From positions 90,180 through 135,897 of the IMG/VR virus record IMGVR_UViG_3300006045_000004: DNA of 45,718 nucleotides; one strand, given 5' to 3'. How positions within the stretch are numbered: the first letter of the stretch is position 1; the number at the start of each line of letters is the position of its first letter. The translations under genes were made by a program, and so were the position numbers. Positions 7,766 through 16,655 of this stretch are shown one piece after another. Source of the DNA: a virus. Below the pieces are notes generated by a model. The model saw only the letters and a list, made by a program, of their open reading frames with translations. It was not told the origin of the DNA and made no database searches.

Positions 7766-8434
7766 ATGAAATATCCAAAAACTTTACATTTACCTTTTAG
7801 TCAATGTGTTAATAAAGATGACCGTGTTGCTGATGATATTAGTAATATTATTGGTAAAGAGATTGTTATTACTGAAAAGCTTGATGGAAGTAATGTTTTT
7901 CTTGGTGATGATATTATTCATGGTCGTTCAGATAAAAGTAAGCTTGGTGAATGGAATCATAATTTTTATTGGGATAAAAGAATAAATGTATTACAAATTA
8001 ATTTAGGTGTAAGAAAGTTATTAGGTGCTGGTAATGGTTTCTTTTTTGAGAATCTTAATGCTGTTCATTCAATTGAATATCCACAACTAAATGATTATAT
8101 CCATTTGATTAATATTACTACTGATGATGGTTGGTTTACAAAGTGGTTTTTTGTTGAAGAACAGGCAGATATATATGGTTTTCCTACTGTTCCTAAGTTA
8201 TTTGAAGGTGTTTGTTGGACTGAACAACAGTTAAAAGGTACTATTGGTAAGTTAATGAGTGAGGATTCTGTTTATGGTGGAAAGAAAGAAGGTGTTGTTG
8301 TTAGAACGACTGATGCTTTTCCGAAAGAAGATTTCGATAAGAATGTGTTTAAATTTGTTAGAGAAAACCACAACCAAACAGACAGTAATTGGAAAAGAGA
8401 GTGGAAGAAAGCAGAGTTGATACAAAGTGAATGA
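7766..8434 (+). CDS. RNA ligase family protein (Rnl2-like adenylyltransferase domain)
   Basis: KYPKTLHLPFS, TEKLDGSN, EGVVVR, KFVRENH motifs. Confidence 0.85.
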   Translation: MKYPKTLHLPFSQCVNKDDRVADDISNIIGKEIVITEKLDGSNVFLGDDIIHGRSDKSKLGEWNHNFYWDKRINVLQINLGVRKLLGAGNGFFFENLNAVHSIEYPQLNDYIHLINITTDDGWFTKWFFVEEQADIYGFPTVPKLFEGVCWTEQQLKGTIGKLMSEDSVYGGKKEGVVVRTTDAFPKEDFDKNVFKFVRENHNQTDSNWKREWKKAELIQSE

Positions 8435-8674
8435 TGAGATAGATGTATTGATAGTGTTTATTATTTTAATTATAGTTTTAATAGGAGCTGTTATGAGTGT
8501 ATGGATATGATAATGTTATTGGTAGGAGTAGTTCGCCGATTTATGAGATTAGGTGTGCTAATGTTGGTAAGTTGAATGAGTATCAGATTGAGTTTTTTGA
8601 TTGGATTCATCGTATTAGTTTAGAAAGAGAAGAGACTATAGATGAACAATAAAAATTTAGATATATTTAATTAA

Positions 8675-8749
8675 GGGCATGTGACCAAGTCTGGTTAAGG
8701 TGCTTGACTCATAATCAAGAAATCGCAGGTTCGAATCCTGCCATGCCCA
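8675..8749 (+). tRNA. tRNA-CAT, non-initiator (elongator Met or Ile2)
   Basis: GGGCATG/CATGCCC acceptor, CTTGA-CTCATAA-TCAAG; Met versus Ile2 not resolvable by eye. Confidence 0.88.
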
Positions 8750-8765
8750 TTTAGGAGTTGTTTAA

Positions 8766-8957
8766 ATGGTTGATACAAGTAGATATTATATTAAGAAAGT
8801 TAATAATAAATTTGTTATTAAAGATAGAAGAGGTAATCATAAAAATGTTGCTACTTTTACTATTATAGATACTCTTCAGAGTGAAGATATTTATAAAGCA
8901 ATTGATTTTTCTGAATTGATTTGTAATTATTTGAATAGTAAATTTTCTAATGTATGA
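8766..8957 (+). CDS. hypothetical protein
   Basis: AGGAG SD, 63 aa. Confidence 0.55.
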   Translation: MVDTSRYYIKKVNNKFVIKDRRGNHKNVATFTIIDTLQSEDIYKAIDFSELICNYLNSKFSNV

Positions 8958-9028
8958 GTTAAGTTTATATATGATAAAATATATAATATATATATGTTTT
9001 TGTTAGATTACATATATATAAAAAGTTT

Positions 9029-9100
9029 ACTCCTGTAGTCTAACGGAAAGATTCCTGCCTTTGGAGCAGGAGTTGGTGGGTTCAAGTCCTCCCAGGAGTA
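9029..9100 (+). tRNA. tRNA-Gln(TTG)
   Basis: A1-U72 ACTCCTG/CAGGAGT acceptor, CCTGC-CTTTGGA-GCAGG; TATA box at 8964. Confidence 0.9.
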
Positions 9101-9118
9101 TTTAAAAAGGTTTTTATT

Positions 9119-9445
9119 ATGGTTTTAGGTTTTTTAAGAAGAAAAAAAATAGATACACTAAATGCGGCAACTTTTTCACATATAGTAACAATATTATTGT
9201 TTAATCCTTATATGGAATACACCAAAAAATATTTAAAAAAATATGTTTTCATGGGTTTTGAAGAACCAGAAGGTTTAGTTTATCTTTTTACAGATGTTGG
9301 TGTTTTAGATAAAATGTCTGATGATTTATATTTTCTTAACTTAGAAAATAAAATTGTAAAAAATGAAATAAAAAATCAAGAATTTATAGAAGATTATATG
9401 GTAGAGAAGATGGGAATTGATGACCTATCGACCATGAGTTCATAA
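9119..9445 (+). CDS. hypothetical protein (possibly winged-helix-like)
   Basis: 108-aa ORF; fold guess only. Confidence 0.5.
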   Translation: MVLGFLRRKKIDTLNAATFSHIVTILLFNPYMEYTKKYLKKYVFMGFEEPEGLVYLFTDVGVLDKMSDDLYFLNLENKIVKNEIKNQEFIEDYMVEKMGIDDLSTMSS

Positions 9446-9564
9446 TATCACCTCGTAGGAGCATTGTTCTCCACAATAAAGAGTAATTCATGGTCACTTT
9501 AATAATGGGGTATTAATTTTGAGGTGATATCTTTCTCTACATTATAATATATGAGTGAATTGAA

Positions 9565-9810
9565 ATGAAAGAAATGTGTAGCTTATCTTATCAAGATTTA
9601 AAAAAAGAATCACAAATACTTTATAAAAAAGATTCAAGAGTAAACTATACTATTAAAAAAAAATCTAATAAAATTTATCTTATAAAAAGAAGTGATAATA
9701 AAGTTGTTTTTCATAAAGAATATAGGGAAAACCAACTTGAAGAATTATATATACTTCTTTTATCAAATGAATTAACTTATAAACAAGAAATTAAAGATTA
9801 TAAAAGGTGA
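9565..9810 (+). CDS. hypothetical protein
   Basis: 81-aa ORF. Confidence 0.55.
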   Translation: MKEMCSLSYQDLKKESQILYKKDSRVNYTIKKKSNKIYLIKRSDNKVVFHKEYRENQLEELYILLLSNELTYKQEIKDYKR

Positions 9811-9814
9811 TATT

Positions 9815-10432
9815 ATAACTTGTATAGCTTATGTGCGAGATGGAGATAAAATTGTACTTGCATCTGATAGATGTTCAAGTCAAGGTGATAGGAAACATTA
9901 TAAAGAACAACAAAAATTTTTTTCAAAACCTATAATGGTTGATTATGGTGATGATTCGGATAAAGAAGATACCATTTGTGTTGTTATTGCTTTTACTGGA
10001 TATATTAATGTAGCTAATTATATTAAATTTGGTTTTGTAGCTCCTAAAATTGGAAAAGATGAAGATTTTCCAGTATATTTAAGTGGTGCTTTTCTACCAG
10101 AATTAAAAAAATCATTAAAAGAAACAGGTCTTATTCAAATAGATAAGGAAGAAACAAATACTGGTAGTAGTTTTTATTTATTTTATAATAATATTGTTTA
10201 TGATATTGACCACAATTTGGGTTTTACTTTTACAACAGAAAGGAAGTTTGATTCTTGTGGTTCAGGTAGTCATTTTGCTTTAGGAAGTTTATCAACTACA
10301 TCATCAAGAATGAATCCAGAAAAAAGATTGAAAAAAGCTATTGAATCAGCAGCTATGCATTTGGGTAGTGTTGATGATAATATAGATATTACAACTTTGG
10401 AGATGAGCGATTATGTGTGCAAACCAAAATGA
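9815..10432 (+). CDS. HslV/proteasome-beta-like Ntn-hydrolase
   Basis: (M)TCIAYV..GDKIVLASD N-terminus when read from ATA 9815; GSGSHFALGSL motif. Confidence 0.75.
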   Translation: MTCIAYVRDGDKIVLASDRCSSQGDRKHYKEQQKFFSKPIMVDYGDDSDKEDTICVVIAFTGYINVANYIKFGFVAPKIGKDEDFPVYLSGAFLPELKKSLKETGLIQIDKEETNTGSSFYLFYNNIVYDIDHNLGFTFTTERKFDSCGSGSHFALGSLSTTSSRMNPEKRLKKAIESAAMHLGSVDDNIDITTLEMSDYVCKPK

Positions 10433-10664
10433 TGAAATGAAAGATGTAGCTAAGAATTTAAGAAAAGATATTGATGATTTATATGATAAGACAGTTGAAG
10501 ATGTTCTTGTATTATATAAAGGTGAAGATTATATAACTTCTGTTCTTGTTCTTGGTGGTATACTTAATAGTATGTTGTCTGATATTGGTTCTCAATCTTT
10601 AGCTGATTTGTTAGGTGATAAGATTAAGATTTTACAAGTAGTTGATGAGAATGAGAGTAAATGA
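10413..10664 (+). CDS. hypothetical protein
   Basis: 83-aa ORF coupled to neighbours. Confidence 0.55.
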   Translation: MCANQNDEMKDVAKNLRKDIDDLYDKTVEDVLVLYKGEDYITSVLVLGGILNSMLSDIGSQSLADLLGDKIKILQVVDENESK

Positions 10665-11394
10665 GTATCTTATTAATATAACTCTTGAAAAATTAAAACA
10701 AAAAGAATATTCACCATTATGTTTGTATGGTTCTGGTGATGATTTAAGAAGTATTCAAAATGATAAAAGTCCTATAAGTATTAGAGGGGCTTTTTTAGAA
10801 CATGAAGATGTACTTCTTGGTTTTTTAGGTCAACCTGAATCTATTATTGAGTCTGGTATTGATAATAGTATAAAATTAGAAGTTATGGAAATGAAAACTC
10901 TTTTTAAAGAATATTTACAAGGTAATTATTATGCATTTGAAACTTTTTTTGCACCCAAAGAATTTAAAACAGATTATTTTGAAGCTATTCAAACTTTATT
11001 AGAAGTAGTTTACCCATATCCATATGAAAAACTTTTAAAGAATACTAAAAATATGGTCAAAAACTTCACAAGATATCCAGTTTTCTCATCTTATTCTTAT
11101 ATTAATGTTTTACAGATTTTGTCTTATTGTGATAATTTGTTTAATACTGATACTCATAGTTTTGTTGTTGATGATAAGTTTTTGATTAATAATATTATGG
11201 ATTATCATCTTGAGGATAAAGAGTTAGATAATGATTATAGTATTACTATGAATAATGATATTAATAAGCTTATGGTTGATGTTGAGGGTTCTTTTCATAA
11301 TAATAAGAATGATTTTGATATGATTAGTAATGGGGATTATGAAGCTATGAATGATTGGTTGGTTGATTTGAGACAGGATTTTGTTTATCCGTAA
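10642..11394 (+). CDS. degenerate Pol-beta-superfamily nucleotidyltransferase-like protein
   Basis: LYGS...SPISIRGAF aligns by eye to GS...SDxDxRGvF; GN..aFE.ff.P further downstream. Confidence 0.5.
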   Translation: MMRMRVNEYLINITLEKLKQKEYSPLCLYGSGDDLRSIQNDKSPISIRGAFLEHEDVLLGFLGQPESIIESGIDNSIKLEVMEMKTLFKEYLQGNYYAFETFFAPKEFKTDYFEAIQTLLEVVYPYPYEKLLKNTKNMVKNFTRYPVFSSYSYINVLQILSYCDNLFNTDTHSFVVDDKFLINNIMDYHLEDKELDNDYSITMNNDINKLMVDVEGSFHNNKNDFDMISNGDYEAMNDWLVDLRQDFVYP

Positions 11395-11965
11395 CTATTT
11401 CTGTTTCTATTTCTTTTGCTTTTTCTCTTTCTACTGCTTTTTCTATTACACTTGCGAAGCTGTGTTCTACATTGATGTTGCTTCCGTTTTCTATTTCTTC
11501 TTTTATTTTTATCATTTGTAAGTAGTTGTTTACAGCATTTTCTGTGTGCATGTTGTTTCCTCTTCCTGCTAATACTTCTGCTGTTATTCCCATTTCAACT
11601 CTTTTTATTTGTACTGGAATGAGTTCGTTTACTAATGTTAGTGCATTTGGTAGGTTTCTTGCTAATTCAAATGCTTCTTGTCTTTGGTTTTCAGGCATAC
11701 TATTTAGCATTACTGATAAGCTTGTTATTCCTGTTGTTGGTACTAATGGATTTTCTGATGGTAATACAAAGTTTTTATTTTTTGTTAATGTTATTCCTTT
11801 TTCTTGTTCTACTACTTTTTTTAATGTATTAAGTTCGTTTTCATCTAATTGGGTCAAATTCATCAACTCTTTTGTTGTTTTGTGTGGATAGATATTTGTA
11901 AATATGTTTTTTTCTTCTTCTGATAAATCATTATATGTTTTATGTTCTATTATCAAAACTATCAC
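11345..11965 (-). CDS. hypothetical protein, possibly terminase small subunit
   Basis: Only real counter-oriented gene in this block; AGGTGA SD; N-terminal HTH-like region and C-terminal beta strand INVEH. Confidence 0.45.
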   Translation of the reverse strand: MIVLIIEHKTYNDLSEEEKNIFTNIYPHKTTKELMNLTQLDENELNTLKKVVEQEKGITLTKNKNFVLPSENPLVPTTGITSLSVMLNSMPENQRQEAFELARNLPNALTLVNELIPVQIKRVEMGITAEVLAGRGNNMHTENAVNNYLQMIKIKEEIENGSNINVEHSFASVIEKAVEREKAKEIETEIVTDKQNPVSNQPTNHS

Positions 11966-12069
11966 CTATTATTATTATATTTGTTTTTAATACTATTTAA
12001 AAGAATCTGAAAATTTACAAACTTTTTGATGAGGTAAGTTTATATATTTTAATATATATATTATATAGT

Positions 12070-12699
12070 ATGGGTTATGGTGTTATTTATTGTAGGAAGT
12101 TTCCTAATAATAAAGTTTATATAGGACAAACAATACAAAAACCACAATATAGGTGGTCACAAGCTAAGTGGGTTGCTAAAAGAACCAATTCAAATGAACT
12201 TATTTATCGTGCATTAAGAAAATATAATTATCAAACTGAAGATATAATACTATATAAAGCAAAAACAGAATGGGAACTAAACTTTGCAGAAGCACTAATA
12301 ATAAAAATGTACAACAGCACAAATCATAAACTTGGATATAATATAAAGTTAGGTGGGAATAGTTCACCACACTCAAAAGAAACAAAAGAAAAATTATCAA
12401 AATTAAGAAAAGGAATAAAATTTAGCAATGAACATAAAAAAAATTTATCAAAAGCTAAAAAAAATGTAAAATTTAGTCAAAATCATAAAACAAATATAGG
12501 AAAAGGTCATACAAAAAAATTATATAAAATTAAAAAAAACTTTTTAGGTTTTTATAAGTCTTATTTCTTTAAAAGAAATAAAAAAAGACAATGGTATTTG
12601 GTAATAAATTATAATAAAAATAAAACATATATTGGTTCATACATAGACCCATTAACTCCACAAATAATTTTTGATTTAATAAAAGATGAAATATATTAA
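12070..12699 (+). CDS. GIY-YIG homing endonuclease with NUMOD3-like repeats and AP2-like C-terminus
   Basis: GVIY...VYIGQT..R, GYN, HSKETKEKLS repeats; TATA at 12039 suggests a leaderless mRNA. Confidence 0.88.
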   Translation: MGYGVIYCRKFPNNKVYIGQTIQKPQYRWSQAKWVAKRTNSNELIYRALRKYNYQTEDIILYKAKTEWELNFAEALIIKMYNSTNHKLGYNIKLGGNSSPHSKETKEKLSKLRKGIKFSNEHKKNLSKAKKNVKFSQNHKTNIGKGHTKKLYKIKKNFLGFYKSYFFKRNKKRQWYLVINYNKNKTYIGSYIDPLTPQIIFDLIKDEIY

Positions 12700-12723
12700 T
12701 TATTTTTTTTACAATATTAATAG

Positions 12724-12743
12724 TAAAGCTTATATACTATGAG
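12724..12743 (+). promoter_or_regulatory. BRE-TATA promoter
   Basis: TAAAGCTTATATACTATGAG. Confidence 0.65.
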
Positions 12744-12833
12744 AAACATAATAAAATTATACTTATGTGTAGATATGTATAGAATAAATCATAAGTATAA
12801 TTTTATATAAAAAAACTTTATAGAGGTATATAA

Positions 12834-13817
12834 ATGAGTTTTATTAAGAAAGATGTAGATGTAGAAGAGTTAAAAGAAAGTGTCTATGAAGTAGCTACCA
12901 ATGCTGGTTTAAGCGAAGATAGTGTAGAGGAAAAAATAAATCAGTTCGCTGATGAATTTAGAGAAAAAGGAGTTCCAGAAGAGGAAATTGAAGTTAAATC
13001 TTTAAGAAGACTTTTTGCTTCTTTAAGAAGAAGAGCTGTTCGTAATTTAACAACTCTTAACGGAATTGTATTTGCAAAAACTCGTACAAAGGACTTTGGA
13101 AAACAACATAGAGATAATGCTGAAACTTATGTAAGAGAACATGGTAGAGAAGCTGCAATAGATAATGGATATATTAACACAGCTGGTAAACCATTATACA
13201 AAGGAGACCAATATAACGAAGGAGTTGTACCACAAGATACAAGACTTGCTTCAATAATTGGATATTTTGAAACAGGTGATGGTGAAAATAGTGGTATATA
13301 TGAAATATATATAACTAAATCACAAATTGATGAAGAAATACCTTTGTTTACAAAAGTGTCATTAATTACAAGACCAGGTAGACAAGATTCTGTTTATGGA
13401 ACTAAAAAAATGTATTTAGACTCATTTGATGGAGTATTAGAACCATTAGGTGATGTACAAGCATTTGCAAATTACTTATTAACTGAGTTTGAAGATAAAG
13501 TTAGTGAGTTTGGTTCAATTAGTAGGAAAGCTGACCAAATGGACAATAATGACTGGCTCATTACAGAAGGAACAGTTGTTAACTCTGGATTAATCTATGA
13601 AGATAGTGAAGTTGTTCGTCATGAAATTATGGCAGTAGATGCAGCAGAAGATGATGAAATTCTTACATTTTGGGTAGATAAAACTATCTTAACTGGATTA
13701 GGTGATATTGATGGTGAAGATGTTTTATTAATTATGAAACCTTATGTTAAAAGAAATGGTGAAATTTCAGGAAACATTTATGGTATTCTTCCAGAAAATA
13801 TTGGTGATGTTGAATAA
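12834..13817 (+). CDS. acidic protein, possible ssDNA-binding/OB-fold replication protein
   Basis: First gene of recombination operon, beta-rich C-terminal half; function is inference. Confidence 0.4.
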   Translation: MSFIKKDVDVEELKESVYEVATNAGLSEDSVEEKINQFADEFREKGVPEEEIEVKSLRRLFASLRRRAVRNLTTLNGIVFAKTRTKDFGKQHRDNAETYVREHGREAAIDNGYINTAGKPLYKGDQYNEGVVPQDTRLASIIGYFETGDGENSGIYEIYITKSQIDEEIPLFTKVSLITRPGRQDSVYGTKKMYLDSFDGVLEPLGDVQAFANYLLTEFEDKVSEFGSISRKADQMDNNDWLITEGTVVNSGLIYEDSEVVRHEIMAVDAAEDDEILTFWVDKTILTGLGDIDGEDVLLIMKPYVKRNGEISGNIYGILPENIGDVE

Positions 13818-13853
13818 ATATTTATTCAACTATTATTATTTTTTTTGAGGTAA

Positions 13854-14075
13854 ATGAAAATGAATATGCAAAATACAGATAATTATAAGACTTTTGAAGC
13901 AAGTTATAATAAATTACTAAATATTAATACTCAAAGAATTAATGATTTAAGAGAAAGTATTCCTTTCATCAAAGATAATATTCTTAGGGGAATTGCTATG
14001 CAAGAGTTAACTAATTGTCTTAATGAAAATTGTAGATTATTAGCACCAATGGAGGCAGAAAAAGATGGTCGGTGA
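13854..14075 (+). CDS. hypothetical protein
   Basis: GAGGT SD, 73 aa. Confidence 0.55.
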   Translation: MKMNMQNTDNYKTFEASYNKLLNINTQRINDLRESIPFIKDNILRGIAMQELTNCLNENCRLLAPMEAEKDGR

Positions 14076-15015
14076 GAAATTTAAAATGAGTCAAGAAAAA
14101 ACTCGACAACCAAAAAAATCATTAGCTGAAACTTTAAAAATTCAGTTTGAAGCACCTAATAAACCATTAGATGAACAAAATTATGATAATGTATTGGTAT
14201 TAGGTAAGCCAGGAACAATGAAGTCTGGTAGTGTTTTATCACATTTATTAGATGATATAGGTGATGATGAAAAGATATTTGTGTTAGATGTTGATGGAAG
14301 TAGTTTTAAATTAATTAAATTATTCCATAGAGATAAATACGAAAACAACAATATCATTTATTACGACCCTTATGTTACAAAAGCAGAAGCTAAAACCAAA
14401 CATAATGTTATTGATTATGAAAATGTTATTGAAAATGTTAAAGGTGCTGCTGGTGCTATTGAAATGATGCTTGAAGAAGGTCAGAAGATTAAAGCTGTTA
14501 TTTTTGATGGATTAAGTCGTTTACTATTGTTTGCAGAACTTAAAATGCGAGAAGATAAAAATTTAACTGACCCATCAGAAGGTTTTGACCAAAGGATATA
14601 TAAAATTCGTCAAAGATTATTTAACGATGCTGTTACAATGTTTGTAAGAGCTAAACTTCCTGTTTACTTTGTAGGTCATGATGATTTCTTACAAGACGAA
14701 GATACTGGTAAGTTAGCATCTGTTAAAGCTAATCTTCATGGTGATGTAGATAGTATTCTTGTATATACTCAAACACCTGATAGAAGCAATCCTAATCTTG
14801 TTAATTTTAATGCTCAAATATTAAAAGATAGAGGTAATGTTTTAAATGTAGAAAAGAAAGTTACCTTTGCTGTTGGAAATAATTCAGAAGATGTTCTTGA
14901 TTATAACCCTAATAAAGCATTTGATTTAATTGAAGAAGTTCAGAAAGATGTAGTTAAAAAAACAAAGAGAACAAAAAAATCAAAACCCCAACAAAATTCT
15001 GGGGATGAAGGATAG
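14065..15015 (+). CDS. RecA/Sak4-like P-loop ATPase
   Basis: Walker A variant GKPGTMKS, FVLDVDG, Walker B VIFDGLS, FVGH. Confidence 0.7.
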   Translation: MVGEKFKMSQEKTRQPKKSLAETLKIQFEAPNKPLDEQNYDNVLVLGKPGTMKSGSVLSHLLDDIGDDEKIFVLDVDGSSFKLIKLFHRDKYENNNIIYYDPYVTKAEAKTKHNVIDYENVIENVKGAAGAIEMMLEEGQKIKAVIFDGLSRLLLFAELKMREDKNLTDPSEGFDQRIYKIRQRLFNDAVTMFVRAKLPVYFVGHDDFLQDEDTGKLASVKANLHGDVDSILVYTQTPDRSNPNLVNFNAQILKDRGNVLNVEKKVTFAVGNNSEDVLDYNPNKAFDLIEEVQKDVVKKTKRTKKSKPQQNSGDEG

Positions 15016-15227
15016 TGTCTTATAAAATAGTTTATGATATACACGAAGACACTCTTCATATAACAAGAGTAAATAAAGGAAATGCTGATTACGAAAAGCA
15101 AGGTAATTATGGTATTGAATTGGAATGTAGTATTTATGATATTCCAGTTGGTATAGTAATATATGAAGCCAGTATTCATACTGGTTTTACTAAAAAAGAA
15201 CTTCAAGATTTTGCTGGTGATTTGTAA
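15015..15227 (+). CDS. DUF2283-like small protein
   Basis: YDIHEDTLHI...PVGIVIYEAS resembles the YDxxxDxLYI...GIEIxxAS pattern. Confidence 0.55.
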   Translation: MSYKIVYDIHEDTLHITRVNKGNADYEKQGNYGIELECSIYDIPVGIVIYEASIHTGFTKKELQDFAGDL

Positions 15228-15232
15228 TTTTT

Positions 15233-15252
15233 GAAGTACCTTTATATATTAT
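15233..15252 (+). promoter_or_regulatory. BRE-TATA promoter of replication operon
   Basis: GAAGTACCTTTATATATTAT. Confidence 0.65.
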
Positions 15253-15314
15253 AAAAAACAAATATATATATTGCTTTTTGTTTAATTTTTTTAATTTTTT
15301 ATAGGTGAAAAAGT

Positions 15315-15707
15315 ATGATTAGTAAAGAAGATTGTAATATTCAAGAAGAAAATCAATTATTTGAAAGATTTTTAATGGATGTTTTAAGATTAAATTATTT
15401 TTTCGTTCCAGATGAAATAAATGCTGAGGAGGATATGGAAAAGTTTAAAATAACAATGATAGTTTCATATCAGGATTTTGAAGAAGAAATTAGTAGTTTT
15501 GTTGATGGCTTTAATGAAATATCAGAAGATGTCGATAATAATATTATTAAATTTAATTTATATAAGTTTGCAGCTGAAAATGATATTCATTGTCACGGTA
15601 AACCAAGTATTTTAAATGGTGCTTATGTTTTATATACTCAATGGTTAGGTCAGAAAACAAGTGAATATCTTTTGAACCAGAATCATACTTGTAATTGTAT
15701 GGAGTGA
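15315..15707 (+). CDS. hypothetical protein
   Basis: AGGTGA SD, 130 aa. Confidence 0.6.
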   Translation: MISKEDCNIQEENQLFERFLMDVLRLNYFFVPDEINAEEDMEKFKITMIVSYQDFEEEISSFVDGFNEISEDVDNNIIKFNLYKFAAENDIHCHGKPSILNGAYVLYTQWLGQKTSEYLLNQNHTCNCME

Positions 15708-15716
15708 GGTGATTAT

Positions 15717-16655
15717 GTGGGGAAGTTTATAAACCTCCACACTCATTCTGAATATAGTCTTCAAGATAGTGTTGTCAAAATATCAGATTTGGTAGAGAAA
15801 ATTAAAAGCTTAGGTCAGAATGCCGTTGCTATAACTGACCATGCTAATGTATCTGCTTATTTTGAATTTGAAGAGGAATGTTTAAAACAAAATATAAAAC
15901 CCATATTTGGGTGTGAATGGTATTGTAATTTTACTTATGGTGAAAAAAGTCAAAACAGACATCACTTAGTAATGTTAGCTAAAAATAATGAAGGTGTTAA
16001 AGAAATTCAACAACTAATGGTTGCTGCTAATGAAAATAAATATTACAAACCTATTGTTTCTTATGAAGAATTATTTAAAAATACACCAAAAAATGTTGTT
16101 GTAACATCTGCTTGTTCATTAGGTTCTGTTGGACAAGCATTAATTGAAAACGATTATCAAAATGCATTATCAATTGCAGAAATGTTTAAGAATGTTTTTG
16201 ATGATTATTATTTAGAATTACAAATGCATCCACAATATGAAGACCAACATAAAGTTAATAATGGTATTTTAAATATAAGCAAAGAATTAAACCTTCCTCT
16301 TACAGTATCTTCTGATATTCATATATTGAATAAAGAAGATGGGTCTGTTCGTGATATTTGGAAAGCTATAAGTTGGAAAAATAGTTTTGAAAATGTTCAC
16401 GAAAAATCTCCAACATTGAAAAGTAATGCTATATTTAATGATGATGGAATTTTAGAATTAGCAGAAGAAACAAACTTTGATATAAACAAAGTTAAAACTG
16501 CTATTAAAAATACAAAAAAAATATCTGATATGTGTAATGCTGAATTAATTAAATATGATAAATACATACCAGAATTTAATAAACATAATGAGATTTTAAA
16601 ATTTGATTTCTTTAAAGAAAAAGAAAAAAAACAAAAAAAATTAAGTGATTTTTAA
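15717..16655 (+). CDS. dnaE: DNA polymerase III alpha, stand-alone PHP domain subunit with C-terminal PIP box
   Basis: LHTHSEYSLQD, AITDH, GCE, HHLVMLAKN, SACSLG, YLELQ, SDIH; ends KQKKLSDF. Confidence 0.9.
   Translation: MGKFINLHTHSEYSLQDSVVKISDLVEKIKSLGQNAVAITDHANVSAYFEFEEECLKQNIKPIFGCEWYCNFTYGEKSQNRHHLVMLAKNNEGVKEIQQLMVAANENKYYKPIVSYEELFKNTPKNVVVTSACSLGSVGQALIENDYQNALSIAEMFKNVFDDYYLELQMHPQYEDQHKVNNGILNISKELNLPLTVSSDIHILNKEDGSVRDIWKAISWKNSFENVHEKSPTLKSNAIFNDDGILELAEETNFDINKVKTAIKNTKKISDMCNAELIKYDKYIPEFNKHNEILKFDFFKEKEKKQKKLSDF

Noticed and set aside
9415-9500. Hammerhead ribozyme (TTGATGA)
   Set aside because: No correctly placed GAAA or stem II.
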